Positions 1 through 9,986 of a stretch of DNA of 64,000 bases are shown in pieces. Source of the stretch: an uncultured Dehalococcoidia bacterium (GTDB lineage: Bacteria; Chloroflexota; Dehalococcoidia; DSTF01; JACRBR01); assembly GCA_964599885.1 (NCBI GenBank), contig CAZRHH010000004.1:9082-73081 (forward strand), read 5' to 3'. A program made the position numbers and the translations under genes. How positions within the stretch are numbered: the stretch's first letter is position 1; each line of letters begins with the position of its first letter. The notes under the pieces are model-generated. The model did not search any database. It was given only the letters and a program-made list of their open reading frames with translations, and had not been told where the DNA came from.

Positions 1-803
1 AGAATGGCCGGTATGGCGCCGATGATCGGGCCGATGATCGGCACCATCTCGGTGACGCCGGCGATGATCGCCAGCCCGATCGGATACTTCACGTCGAGCA
101 GCGACAGCGCGACGTACGCCATCGCGCCAATCAGCAATCCCTGCAGCAGCATTGCGCGGATGTAGTTGCGGAAGACGGCGTCGATGATGCCCAGCATGTT
201 CCGTACATCGTGCCGCCACTCGGGCGGAAACATGCCGACGAACGCCCGCACGCCGCGCGGGTGATCCTTCATCGTGAAGTAGAGCCAGACCGGAATCGTC
301 AAGTAACCGATGACGATCGTGAAGGTGCTGCCGGCGAACGCGATCGCATCCGGCGCCAGCCCTGCGGCCCAGTCGGCTGACGCGTCGCCGGCGTCTTCGA
401 GCCACTTGTCCGTCGTCTCCTGCTGATCTTCGGGCACGTACTCGTTGTAGAAGTCCTGCAGTTCTGTCCGCGCGTTATCGATCGTGTCCGGCAGGTTGTC
501 GCTGAACTCCTGGATCTCGTCAATGGCGTCCGGCAAGAAGAGAAAGCCGAGCCCTGTGGCGACGCCGGCTACACCCAAATAGAGCACGAGGATCGCGACG
601 CCGCGAGCGAGGTACGGGCGGGCGTGCCGGAAGGGCATCACGCCGGCGATCCAGCCGACCGCCGGCGCCATGACGTAGGCGATCGCCACACCGAGCACGA
701 ACGGAAACAGCGCGGTCCGCGCGTTCCAGGCGACGAACATCGCCAGCACGACCGGCGCGATGACCATCGCGATGCGGATACGGCGCCGTACGACCTCACT
801 CAT
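1..803 (-). CDS. AI-2E family transporter (PerM/YhhT-like permease), partial: C-terminus runs off the window edge
   Basis: Reverse-strand translation from ATG at 803 is hydrophobic and multi-TM. The last codons at the window start give ...AIIAGVTEMVPIIGPIIGAIPAIL, typical of the AI-2E/UPF0118 family. Confidence 0.7.
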   Translation of the reverse strand, partial: MSEVVRRRIRIAMVIAPVVLAMFVAWNARTALFPFVLGVAIAYVMAPAVGWIAGVMPFRHARPYLARGVAILVLYLGVAGVATGLGFLFLPDAIDEIQEFSDNLPDTIDNARTELQDFYNEYVPEDQQETTDKWLEDAGDASADWAAGLAPDAIAFAGSTFTIVIGYLTIPVWLYFTMKDHPRGVRAFVGMFPPEWRHDVRNMLGIIDAVFRNYIRAMLLQGLLIGAMAYVALSLLDVKYPIGLAIIAGVTEMVPIIGPIIGAIPAI

Positions 804-852
804 TGCCGATATCGTGCCGTACGGCGTGGGCGATGGGAAGTGGCGAATCAGG

Positions 853-890
853 AAACGAGAAGCGGGAAGCGGGAACGGAAGCGGACGGGG
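853..890 (+). repeat. GGGAAGCGGGA-type short tandem repeat block
   Basis: gaaacgagaagcgggaagcgggaacggaagcggacggg, in the intergenic region upstream of the NIF3 gene. Confidence 0.7.
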
Positions 891-985
891 ATGGGGAGTG
901 CGCGTATCGGTGGTGGCTGCTCGCGATACCGTGGCGGACACGGGGGTCCGCCCCTACCGTGACACACGGGCGATAGACTGACCGC

Positions 986-1744
986 ATGCATGCAAACGCT
1001 GCGCTCGATGACATCGTGGCCTATCTCGACGGCCTGCTTGACGTGGCGCGCTACGCTTCCGAGCCCGATGCGAACGGGCTGCTGTTCCGTGCTGGCGCCG
1101 GCGTGTCGAAGTTCGCCGTCGCCGTGAATACGTCATTGACGACGATCGTCGGCGCGGCGAAGACAGGGGCGCAGCTGCTCGTGGTGCATCATCCGTCGTG
1201 GCGAGAGATCGATCTTGAGCTGTACGGCGAGAAGATGACGGCGCTCGCGTCGGCGGGGGTCTCGCTGTACGCCGCGCACGCGTCGCTCGACTGCGCGCCG
1301 GAGATCGGGAACGGCTGGGTGCTGGCGAGCATGCTCGGCGTGGCCGTCGATGACACGTTCAGCGAGTTCGAGGGCGGACACGCCGGCGTCATTGGCGCGC
1401 ATAGCGGCGGATTCGGGGAACTGATCCAGCGGTCGTCGCGCGAGCTGGGCGTGCAGGTCGAAGCGCACGAGCACGCGCGCACATGCGATCGCGTGGCGAT
1501 CATCACCGGCGCCGGCGGTAACACCAGCGACCTCGCCGCAGCGCACAAGCTGGGCGCCGATACGTACATCACGGGCGAGGGTAGCATGTACACGCGAATG
1601 TTCGCCCGCGAGACGGGTATCAATCTCATCTTCGGCACGCACCATGCGACTGAGGCGCCCGGCATCCGCGCGCTCGGCGAACGCATCGCGGGCAATGCGC
1701 AGATCCCGTGGGAGTTCATCGCCGATTCGCCGGACGTCTTCTGA
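986..1744 (+). CDS. NIF3-family (DUF34) dinuclear-metal-centre protein
   Basis: 252-aa ORF with LLVVHHPS...FGTHHATE motifs typical of NIF3/YqfO/YbgI. The stop overlaps the next start (ATGA). Confidence 0.7.
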   Translation: MHANAALDDIVAYLDGLLDVARYASEPDANGLLFRAGAGVSKFAVAVNTSLTTIVGAAKTGAQLLVVHHPSWREIDLELYGEKMTALASAGVSLYAAHASLDCAPEIGNGWVLASMLGVAVDDTFSEFEGGHAGVIGAHSGGFGELIQRSSRELGVQVEAHEHARTCDRVAIITGAGGNTSDLAAAHKLGADTYITGEGSMYTRMFARETGINLIFGTHHATEAPGIRALGERIAGNAQIPWEFIADSPDVF

Positions 1745-2658
1745 TGGCCACCCCGCCACGCCGCGAACCCGCGCCAAACCGCCCGCTGCCGCCGGAACTG
1801 CTCGACCGGATCCGGCGCATCGAGATCCGCGCGCGGCGGCTCGTCGCGAACGTGTTCCTGGGCGAGTACCACAGCGTGTTTCGCGGTCGCGGCATCGAAT
1901 TCTCGGAAGTGCGGCAGTATCAGCCGGGCGACGACGTGCGCTCGATCGATTGGAACGTCACCGCACGGATGGGCACGCCGTACGTCAAGAAGTACATCGA
2001 GGAGCGCGAGCTCACCGTCATGCTCGTCGTGGACATCAGCGCGTCATCGTCCTTCACGACGACGGGCAGGACGAAGCGCGAACTCGCCGCTGAAGTAGCA
2101 GCCACGCTCGCCTTCGCCGCGGTATCGAACGGAGACCGGGTCGGTCTTCTCACGTTCAGCGACCGGGTCGAAACGTTCGTTCCTCCCGCGAAGTCGCGGC
2201 GGCACGTGCTGCGGATCGTGCGCGAACTGCTTTACGCCGAGCCGGAGCGGCGCGGTACGAGTCTAACCGTAGCACTGGCGTACCTCGCGCGCGTCGTCCG
2301 CCGCAAATCGATCGTCTTCCTCCTGTCGGATTTCCACGACGACGGATACGAAGCTCAATTGCGAGCCGTGGCAGCGCGGCATGATGTAATCGCGCTGGCG
2401 CTCGATGATCCGCGAGAATCCGAGCTTCCCGACGTCGGCCTGCTGGAAGCCGAAGACACGGAGACTGGCCGGCGCGCGGTCATCGATACATCGAGCAGGA
2501 GTGTGCGCACCGCGTACGCGCGGCGCGCCGCCGAACTGCTGGCGCGGCGGCGGCGCATGCTCGCCGGCGCGGGCGTCGAAGAAGTGCTCCTCCGCACCGA
2601 CCGCTCGTTCGTGGAGCCGCTCCTGCGCTGTTTCCGCGCGCGGGAACATCGACGCTGA
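1744..2658 (+). CDS. DUF58 (vWA-like, MoxR-associated) protein
   Basis: In-frame ATG at 1744 overlaps the NIF3 stop. The RARRLVANVFLGEYHSVFRGRGIEFSEVRQYQPGDDVRSIDWNVTAR block is the DUF58 signature. Confidence 0.75.
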   Translation: MATPPRREPAPNRPLPPELLDRIRRIEIRARRLVANVFLGEYHSVFRGRGIEFSEVRQYQPGDDVRSIDWNVTARMGTPYVKKYIEERELTVMLVVDISASSSFTTTGRTKRELAAEVAATLAFAAVSNGDRVGLLTFSDRVETFVPPAKSRRHVLRIVRELLYAEPERRGTSLTVALAYLARVVRRKSIVFLLSDFHDDGYEAQLRAVAARHDVIALALDDPRESELPDVGLLEAEDTETGRRAVIDTSSRSVRTAYARRAAELLARRRRMLAGAGVEEVLLRTDRSFVEPLLRCFRAREHRR

Positions 2659-2689
2659 TGGTCGCTGGTTGGCGTGATGGAGGGACCGG

Positions 2690-2718
2690 TTCACCACAGA
2701 GGCACAGAGGCACAGAGG
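2690..2718 (+). repeat. dispersed intergenic repeat TTCACCACAGAGGCACAGAGG (copy 1, 8-bp GGCACAGA unit x3)
   Basis: Direct reading: ttcaccacagaggcacagaggcacagagg. The same motif recurs at 26190, 38146, 48972 and 56370. Confidence 0.85.
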
Positions 2719-2770
2719 ATCGGGTGCGGTCGATCTGGGTTCTCGCTTGCGCGGTCGCTATTCTGCGGCG

Positions 2771-3745
2771 ATGAAGATCATTGCGTCGGAGAAGGTGTCC
2801 CGCGAGTACAGGAAGCGCATGCGCGTTGCCGATCCGGCGGCGGCGCTGATCGTGCCGACGGTGGTGGACGGCGGGCTCGAATGGAAGGGTGACCCGGCAC
2901 GGGCAGACATATGCTGCTTCTCCGAGGACTTCTGGCAAGAGCCCTCGATGCGGCGGCTCGCGCTGCCGGCGATATTTCAGCTCGAATCGTTGCGATGGTT
3001 CCACACGTTCAGCGCGGGTGTCGACTCACCGGCGTTCCAGGTGCTGATCGATCGGGGCACGATCCTCACGAACTCCGCCGGCGCGTCGGCACCATCGATC
3101 GCGCAGCACGTGCTCGCGATGATGCTCTACCGCAGCAAACGCATCGACGAGCTCCGCGAGCAACAGCGTCGCGGTGAATGGGCGCAGATCCGTGGCCTCG
3201 ACCTCACCGGCCAGACGGTCGGCATCATCGGGACGGGCAACATCGGCGGCGAGGTGGCGCGACTGGCGAAGGCGTTCGGCATGCGCGTGATGGGCGCGCG
3301 ACGCTCCGACAAGAAGACGCGTTACGTCGACGAGCAGGTGTCGTTCGGAGGGCTGACGCCGCTGCTGCGCGAGAGCGACTTCGTGGTGCTTGCCTGTCCG
3401 CTCACCGCCGAGACCGAGAACCTGATCGGCGAAGCGGAGCTGCGCGCGATGAAACCCACGGCGACGCTGATCAACGTTGCCCGCGGCCGCGTCGTCGACG
3501 AACTCGCGCTGATCGGCGCGCTGCAGGAGGGCACGATCGCCGGTGCGTGTCTCGATGTCTTCGTGCGCGAGCCGCTGCCCGAGGCCAGCCCGCTCTGGCA
3601 GATGCCCAACGTCGTCATCTCGCCGCATAACTCTGGTATCTCGCCGCTCAACATGGAGCGTGCGATGACGATCTTCGTCGATAACCTTGCGCGCTTCATC
3701 GCCGGCACGCCGCTACGCAATCGGGTGCGCCGCGCCGGCGGGTAG
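2771..3745 (+). CDS. D-isomer-specific 2-hydroxyacid dehydrogenase (NAD-binding)
   Basis: GIIGTGNIGGEVARLAKAFGMRV Rossmann motif and a catalytic RG..VDE...H pattern. Start chosen at MKIIASEKV (ATG at 2771); the alternative start is 2747. Confidence 0.8.
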   Translation: MKIIASEKVSREYRKRMRVADPAAALIVPTVVDGGLEWKGDPARADICCFSEDFWQEPSMRRLALPAIFQLESLRWFHTFSAGVDSPAFQVLIDRGTILTNSAGASAPSIAQHVLAMMLYRSKRIDELREQQRRGEWAQIRGLDLTGQTVGIIGTGNIGGEVARLAKAFGMRVMGARRSDKKTRYVDEQVSFGGLTPLLRESDFVVLACPLTAETENLIGEAELRAMKPTATLINVARGRVVDELALIGALQEGTIAGACLDVFVREPLPEASPLWQMPNVVISPHNSGISPLNMERAMTIFVDNLARFIAGTPLRNRVRRAGG

Positions 3746-3754
3746 TGGCACGAC

Positions 3755-4507
3755 TCACACGGGACGCGCGCCCGGCACGTTGATGATGCTGCCCGTCACG
3801 CGCTCGGCCGCGTCCGAGCAAAAGAAGGACACCACGTCGGCCACGTCCTGCGGCTCGTTCCCATCGCGGCTGATGTTCTCAGCGCCCGCAGCCGCAGCCG
3901 CAGCTTTCGCGTGAGACACGCGGCGCGTCGGCCCCGGCGCGACGGCGTTGATCGTGATGCCGTGCGGCAGTTCAAGCGGCGCCAGCGTGCGCGTGAGCCA
4001 GTGCCGCGCCGCCTTACCGAGGGGATAGTCGAGCGGCGCGTCGGGCGGCCCGAATCGCCAGTCATCGGCCATGTGCCCGCCGATGCTGACGATCCGTCCC
4101 CAGCGCCGCTCGCGCATCCCCGGCAGAACCGCGCGCAGGAGGTAATAGACGCTCTCGATTTCGGCAGCCAGCACGCGCCGAAGATGCGCCGGTTCGATCT
4201 CGGCGATGTCCTGCGGCTTCCACGGACCGCCGACGTTGTTTACGAGAATATCTACCTGCCCGAGCGTCGCGATCGCGGCGGCCGCCATCGCCGAAACGGC
4301 ATCTGGGTCGGTGATGTCGGCCTGCCACACGAGGACGCGGCGCCCGAGCGCCTCAATGGCTGCGCCCGTCTCCCGCGCCCGCTCGTCGCTGCGGCGATAG
4401 TTCAGCACGATGTCGGTGCCATCTCGTGCCAGCGTCAGCGCAATGCTTCGCCCCATGCCCTCGCCGCCCGCGCCCGTCACCAGTGCCACCCGCCCCTGTA
4501 GTGTCAT
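3755..4507 (-). CDS. SDR-family oxidoreductase
   Basis: MTLQGRVALVTGAGGEGMGRSIA... with an NNVG motif. Start ATG at 4507; the longer 327-aa ORF in the track is an upstream extension lacking a protein-like N-terminus. Confidence 0.8.
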   Translation of the reverse strand: MTLQGRVALVTGAGGEGMGRSIALTLARDGTDIVLNYRRSDERARETGAAIEALGRRVLVWQADITDPDAVSAMAAAAIATLGQVDILVNNVGGPWKPQDIAEIEPAHLRRVLAAEIESVYYLLRAVLPGMRERRWGRIVSIGGHMADDWRFGPPDAPLDYPLGKAARHWLTRTLAPLELPHGITINAVAPGPTRRVSHAKAAAAAAGAENISRDGNEPQDVADVVSFFCSDAAERVTGSIINVPGARPV

Positions 4508-4517
4508 ACCGGAGTAT

Positions 4518-4562
4518 AGAAACGGGAAGCGGGAGACGGAAAGCGGGAGACGGGAAGCGGGA
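4518..4562 (+). repeat. GGGAAGCGGGA-type short tandem repeat block
   Basis: agaaacgggaagcgggagacggaaagcgggagacgggaagcggga sits between divergent SDR genes. A related block lies at 853-890 and an inverted copy at 26379-26394. Confidence 0.7.
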
Positions 4563-4631
4563 TGTCGGAGGTCGCGACTCGCACGCTGACCCGATGCCCG
4601 ATACAGTCCGATCTGGAGGGATGTACGGGGA

Positions 4632-5393
4632 ATGGGACAGTTCGACGGCAAGGTTGCGCTCGTGACGGGCGGCACGCGCGGCATCGGTAAGGCGATCGCG
4701 ATGAAATTCGCCCGCGAGGGCGCGGCCGTCGCGATCAACTACTCGCGCAGCAAGGAACACGCCGACGCCGCCATCGACGAACTGCGATCCGCCGGCGCCA
4801 CCGCCGAGGCGTACCAGTGCGACGTCGGCGACCGCGATGCCGTCTTCGCTATGATCAAGCAAACGGGCGAGCGCTTCGGCCGCATCGATGTGCTCGTGAA
4901 CAGCGCGGCGCGCGGACTCGAACGGCCGCGGCCGGCGATCGATTCGCTGCCCAAGCACCTGCACCACACGATGGACGTCAACGTCTTTGGCCCCTGGTTC
5001 GCCGCGCAGGCGGCGCAGAAGTACATGGCCGAGGGCGGCGCCATCATCAACATGCTTAGCCCCGGAAGCCACCGCTACCTGCCGAAGTACGCGCCGGTGG
5101 GTGTCACCAAGGGCGCGCTCGAATCGCTGACGATCTATCTCGCGGTCGAACTCGCGCCGCGGGGCATTCGCGTCAACGCCGTGTCCGCCGGGCTCGTTGA
5201 AGGCACGGATGGCGTGCGGATGATGGACGCCGGCATCGTCGATGGCTACGAGGCGAAGGTGCCGGCCGGCCGTCATGTACGGCCGGACGATGTTGCGGAC
5301 GCCGTCGTCTTCCTCGCGTCACCGGCAGCATCGATGATCGTCGGCCAGGTGCTGCTCGTCGATGGCGGCTACTCGCTGCTGGGCATGGTGTAG
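4632..5393 (+). CDS. SDR-family oxidoreductase (FabG/FabL-like enoyl/ketoacyl reductase)
   Basis: KVALVTGGTRGIGKAIA, NSAA and Y..K catalytic motifs, 253 aa. Confidence 0.85.
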   Translation: MGQFDGKVALVTGGTRGIGKAIAMKFAREGAAVAINYSRSKEHADAAIDELRSAGATAEAYQCDVGDRDAVFAMIKQTGERFGRIDVLVNSAARGLERPRPAIDSLPKHLHHTMDVNVFGPWFAAQAAQKYMAEGGAIINMLSPGSHRYLPKYAPVGVTKGALESLTIYLAVELAPRGIRVNAVSAGLVEGTDGVRMMDAGIVDGYEAKVPAGRHVRPDDVADAVVFLASPAASMIVGQVLLVDGGYSLLGMV

Positions 5394-5481
5394 CGCGGCA
5401 CCCGGCGCGATCACGCGGACACAAGACAAGGGCGCCCGCTCAGGCGCCCCTGCTAATTCTGGTCTGGTTCTGCGCGGCTCC

Positions 5482-8025
5482 CTAGAAGCCCTGGTTCACC
5501 TCAACAAAGCGGCCGAGTGGGTTCGGCGAGAAGGCCCAGATGTGGACCAGCCAGCCGGCCTTGTCGATCCACACCGGGTTTCCCGGGCGGGACATGCACG
5601 TCGCCTGTGGCACCAGCTCTTGTACCGACTGGAAGTTGTTCCACAGACACAGCGACTCGTGGTAGTGCCAGGCGTCCTCGTTGCCGGCGAAGCCGTCCGG
5701 CGGCAGCGGGACGATATCGATCGGCATGATGTACATCAAGCCGCCGAGCTTCCAACCGCCAGGGCGGCTCGCATCAGGCTCGTACAGCAGACTCTCCGGC
5801 TGACCCGGGATGAACACATCGTCCTGGCCGGCGACCGAGCCCCTCACGAGGTGCCGGCCCTGTCCCGGAATGTAGGGCGTCGTCTGGACGAATCCAGCCG
5901 CGAACGCGGCGTTGATGTTGTTGTACTGCTCGGTGCCGACAATCGCCTCGCGAATCTGCCGGTCGACCAGCGGGCAACTCGGTGTCTGTCCCTGCGCCGT
6001 GCCCCAGAGGTCAACGACGTTAATCACGCCGTTCGCATTCCAGTCCTTGAGCCTGGTGTACCCGGGCTGGCCGAAACGCTTGTCCATCTGCGTTGCGATC
6101 TGCTGCAGGTCGGCGACGTCGACGCTGCCGTTTCCGGTCACATCGAAGCAGAAGTACGGCTTCGGGTTCTCGGCAAACTGGGTAACGATAACGCGCACGC
6201 TGTCGGTGTCGATGTTACCGTCGTTGTCCGTGACGGTGAGCGTCACAAAGTGCTCCCCAAGCGTGAACTGCTTCGAGTCGACCGGGTTCGCCGAGAGGAC
6301 CGTGGTGCCCTCCTTCCACTCGTACGTCGCGATGAAGCCGTCCGGATCCTGAGAGTTGCGGCCGTCCAGCGTCACGTGCGAGTGGTCGTTATGCGCGATC
6401 GGGCCGCTCCAGTCCTCACCCGCATCCGCAGTTGGTGGCAGCACGCCGCCGCCGGCGCTGTAGTTGTAGCCCGCCGTCAGCGTCGCGCTTCCCACGCTGT
6501 TCGTGACCGTCACATCGACGAGTTCGGCGGCGTGCGCCGGGGTGACACCGGTGAGCGTGTTGGAGTTCTGCACACTAATGTTCGTCAACGACACGCCGTC
6601 GAGCGTCACCGTCGTCTCGGATGTCGTCGTGAAGTTCGTGCCCGAGACCGTGACCGTCTGCCCGCCGTCCACCGATCCACCTGCCGGCGAAATGCCGGTC
6701 ACAGTGATCCCGCTGACCGGAGTTTCATCCGGCTTGAAGAACGTAATCTTGTTGCCGCCGTACTCGGCGACGTAGATGGTGCCGTCCGGGCCGATGGCGA
6801 CGTCGAGCGCGTTCGGCAGGTTGGACGCCAGCGTGGTGTCCGAGACCACCGAGAGGCCGTCGGCCGAGAGCTGCACGCGATGCAGCGTGCTGTCTACCCA
6901 CGACACGTACAACAGGTCGCCCTGGAGCTGTCCGCCGAAGATGCCTGACTTGTACGCGGCAATGCCGTCCGACGATGGCGGCAGCAGCGCGATCGGCGCC
7001 CGGTAGTTGCCCGAACTGGGCTCCGTACCGGCCTTGTAGTCGCACTGCAGCGGGTCGTTCAGGTTGATCCCGCGATTGCGGTTTGGATGCCCGTAGTAGC
7101 GATCCTCTTCGATGATGTTCAGCTCATCCGCCGCCTGCGCGTCGATGCCGTCGTTGGTAAAACACCCCACCGATCCCGGGCCGTACCCGGCGTTCGGGCC
7201 GTTGTCCGTGTTGTAGAAGATCCCATTCTCGGAATGGAACAGCAGGTCGTACGGGTTACGCAATCCGCTCGCGTACACGTCCACGTCGCCGCCTGTTTGC
7301 GCGACCGCGGTACCGTACGTGCTCGCCGGCGAGTACGTGATGTTCCCGTTGAATCCAGAAGCGTTGACATCGGCTACGAGGATCGCGCCGCCGGTCGGCA
7401 CTTCTTCACGCTGGAACAAGCCGCCGTTCGGGTTGATCACGCCGGCGTTCGTCGTACCGCCCTGCGCGACGTACAGCCGGCCGTCTGGCCCGAACGTCAG
7501 ACCGTTGGCCTCGTGCCCGGAGTTCGCGACGGGCAACCCCGTGATGATGTCCGTGCGCGTGCCGTAGGCGGGTCCGTCGATTCGCGTCACCTTGCCCGGA
7601 AACGAACCGGCGGGCGCCTGCCCCGCATCTCCGAAGCCGGACACCGTGTTCGTCACATAGATTGTCGGCGGGCTCGATCCATCAGCGGGGTCGAACGCGA
7701 TGCCGAACACTTCCTGAAGCTGCGCGTTCGTCGTCACCTGCTGCACCGCTGTGACGGCTTTCGTGCCGGGATTCAGCGTCAGTGCCTGGATGCGGCCGTT
7801 CACGTCGGCGACGTAGAGGCGGCCATCCGGACCGACCTCCAGCGAACCAGGCTGCAACGTGGCGAACCCGGAACCGGCAATCGTGCCGCGGATGAAATTG
7901 ATCGGCTGAACGCCGTGCGCGACATCGGCCTTGCCGATCGAGAGCATCGCCGCAACCGCGAATACCAGCGCTGCGACGAACCACCACGTCGGGAAAGCCC
8001 AGGATCGATGCACGCCTGCCTCCAT
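5482..8025 (-). CDS. large secreted multidomain protein: N-terminal signal/anchor, soluble-quinoprotein-glucose-dehydrogenase-like beta-propeller, IPT/TIG, PKD, dockerin-like Ca-binding repeats, C-terminal domain of unknown function
   Basis: 847-aa ORF. Hydrophobic N-terminus; repeated GPDGRLYVA propeller blades; ISPAGGSVDGGQTVTVSGTNF (IPT); TLTVTDNDGN (PKD); DVTGNGSVDVADL and DWNANGVINVVDL (dockerin EF-hand-like pair). Confidence 0.75.
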   Translation of the reverse strand: MEAGVHRSWAFPTWWFVAALVFAVAAMLSIGKADVAHGVQPINFIRGTIAGSGFATLQPGSLEVGPDGRLYVADVNGRIQALTLNPGTKAVTAVQQVTTNAQLQEVFGIAFDPADGSSPPTIYVTNTVSGFGDAGQAPAGSFPGKVTRIDGPAYGTRTDIITGLPVANSGHEANGLTFGPDGRLYVAQGGTTNAGVINPNGGLFQREEVPTGGAILVADVNASGFNGNITYSPASTYGTAVAQTGGDVDVYASGLRNPYDLLFHSENGIFYNTDNGPNAGYGPGSVGCFTNDGIDAQAADELNIIEEDRYYGHPNRNRGINLNDPLQCDYKAGTEPSSGNYRAPIALLPPSSDGIAAYKSGIFGGQLQGDLLYVSWVDSTLHRVQLSADGLSVVSDTTLASNLPNALDVAIGPDGTIYVAEYGGNKITFFKPDETPVSGITVTGISPAGGSVDGGQTVTVSGTNFTTTSETTVTLDGVSLTNISVQNSNTLTGVTPAHAAELVDVTVTNSVGSATLTAGYNYSAGGGVLPPTADAGEDWSGPIAHNDHSHVTLDGRNSQDPDGFIATYEWKEGTTVLSANPVDSKQFTLGEHFVTLTVTDNDGNIDTDSVRVIVTQFAENPKPYFCFDVTGNGSVDVADLQQIATQMDKRFGQPGYTRLKDWNANGVINVVDLWGTAQGQTPSCPLVDRQIREAIVGTEQYNNINAAFAAGFVQTTPYIPGQGRHLVRGSVAGQDDVFIPGQPESLLYEPDASRPGGWKLGGLMYIMPIDIVPLPPDGFAGNEDAWHYHESLCLWNNFQSVQELVPQATCMSRPGNPVWIDKAGWLVHIWAFSPNPLGRFVEVNQGF

Positions 8026-8143
8026 TCAATTGCCACGACGCGGCCGAGCGGGGAAGTAGCGCCAATCCTAGCATGGCGCCGGGAGCCGGTGCCATGCCGA
8101 ACGTAAAATGGTTGTAATCGATGTTTCGTGGCGTCTATCGCCG

Positions 8144-9034
8144 TTAGCGGCGGTCGCCCATGCCCGGGACGCGCCCGGTCCAGTCTGTGGGCGGGTTGAA
8201 CGCCCGCGCCAGCGTGGCCAGCATGCCGCGGCGCTCTTGTCCCGGCCGCAGCCGAGCCTCGATCTCGCCCTGAATGATGCTGAAGATCGACGTGAAGAAG
8301 AGGTACCAGATCGCCGCGACCGTGAGGAGTTCGAGCACCTGGAAGTTACGCGCGTACACACTCCCAGCCGTGAAGAGCAACTCTTCGTACGAAATCACGG
8401 ATGCCAGTGACGAGTTCTTGAGCATCGCATTGAACTCGTTGCCCGTCGGCGGCACGATCACGCGCATCGCTTGCGGCAGGATGACGAGCCGCATCGCCTG
8501 CAAATTCGTCATGCCAAGCGACTTCGACGCGTCCATCTGGCCCCGCTCGATCGATTCGATGCCGGCCCGGACGATCTCCGCCATGTACGCGCCCTCATTG
8601 AACGCCAAACCGATCAGCGCAGCCTGGAACGGCGAAAAGCGCAGCCAGTCCTGGTGATACTGAAACGGGCCGATGCCAAAGTCATCGGGCGCGAGCAACG
8701 GTAGTCCGGCGTAGACAAAGATGATTTGCAGCAGCAGCGGCGTCCCGCGAAAGAACCAGACGTAAACACTGGAAGCCTGACGCATGACGGGCACGCGCAG
8801 ATTGCGTGAGACCGCCGCCGCCACACCCAGTGCGATGCCCAGTACCTGCGCAAGCACCGAAATCTGCAGCGTGCGCCACGCCGCCTCGCGGATGATTGGC
8901 CGAAACAGATACTCGCGGACGGTGCCGAAATCGAAGTCGGCGAGTAGCGGTAGCGGCAAAGAGTCAAGCATTTCGCCTGGCTTCTCTGGAGTGGCGGCAG
9001 CGGCCAGCGGACGATCCGCTGGCCGCTGCATCAA
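8144..9034 (-). CDS. polar amino-acid ABC transporter permease
   Basis: HisM/GlnP-type permease with an EAA-loop-like segment (NEGAYMAEIVRAGIESI). It starts 12 bp downstream of the binding-protein gene. Confidence 0.85.
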   Translation of the reverse strand: MMQRPADRPLAAAATPEKPGEMLDSLPLPLLADFDFGTVREYLFRPIIREAAWRTLQISVLAQVLGIALGVAAAVSRNLRVPVMRQASSVYVWFFRGTPLLLQIIFVYAGLPLLAPDDFGIGPFQYHQDWLRFSPFQAALIGLAFNEGAYMAEIVRAGIESIERGQMDASKSLGMTNLQAMRLVILPQAMRVIVPPTGNEFNAMLKNSSLASVISYEELLFTAGSVYARNFQVLELLTVAAIWYLFFTSIFSIIQGEIEARLRPGQERRGMLATLARAFNPPTDWTGRVPGMGDRR

Positions 9035-9046
9035 CCACAGTTCGTG

Positions 9047-9986
9047 CTATTCGAGCTTGCCCGCTTCGAGTCCCCACTTCGCGAGAATCTCGTCCACCGT
9101 GCCGTTCTCGCTGATCTCGTCGAACGCCGCCTGCAGGGCGTCGCGCAACGCCGTGCTGCTCTTGCGGATCGCGATGCCATACGGCGCCGGTTCGATCTGG
9201 ACGGGCACCACCATCAGATCGCCATCGCTCTGCTCGGCGGTATACGCCGCTACCGGGAAGTCCGCGATGTTGGCATCCGCCTGCTCCGCCGTCACCGCCA
9301 GCACGGCCTCCGGATCGGTCTGGAACCGCCGTACGGTGATCCCGTCGTTCCCGTCGTCCTGGCATTGCTGGTCGAGACCGCCCGGATCCGCTTCGGTTCC
9401 CAGCAACAGGTCAACGTGTGTCGTGCCCTCCTGAACAGCAACCGTCTTGCCGCAAAGATCCTCCGCAGAGTTGATCCCCGACGGATTGCCGGCGGCCACA
9501 ACGATACCGGCGCCAGAATTGAAGTACTCGACGAAGTCCACCTGCTCCTTGCGCGTCGCACTTGCCGTCATCGCCGACATGATGACGTCGTAACGCTCTG
9601 CATCGAGCGCCGGCAGCAGCCCATCGAACGCGCTGTTGTCGAACGTTGCTTCGACACCCAGCACTTCCGCCAGCGCGTTCGCTATGTCGATGTCCAGACC
9701 CACCGGCTCGTTCGTCGCCTCGTCGAGGAACTCGATCGGCGCGTAGGCGATGTCCGATCCAATGTTCAGCGTGCCGTCGTCGAGTTCCTCGATGTCCGAG
9801 ATGTCGATCTCGCCCGATCCCGCCCCCGGCGTCGATCCGTCCCCTGCCGGACTTGATGCCGACGTTGCCCCCGTCGTCGGTGCGCTGTCCGGATCATCGT
9901 CATCATCGCCGCAGCCGGCCGCGAAGGCCGCCACGGCTAACAATGCGATCGATGCCAGCGTCGCCCGCTGTAGGTATGCGCGCATG
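9047..9986 (-). CDS. amino-acid ABC transporter substrate-binding lipoprotein
   Basis: Lipoprotein signal (LLAVAAFAAGCG) followed by a type-3 SBP fold (DIAYAPIEF...DVIMSAMT). Start taken at MRAYLQR; the ORF extends to 10024. Confidence 0.8.

Noticed and set aside
1133-1872. Two minus-strand ORFs of 214 and 227 aa
   Set aside because: Both are antisense to the NIF3/DUF58 genes and have no recognisable motifs.
5362-6948. 528-aa plus-strand ORF
   Set aside because: It lies entirely antisense to the 847-aa secreted-protein gene. The composition is Arg/Ala/Val-rich, typical of high-GC shadow frames, with no protein-like motifs.
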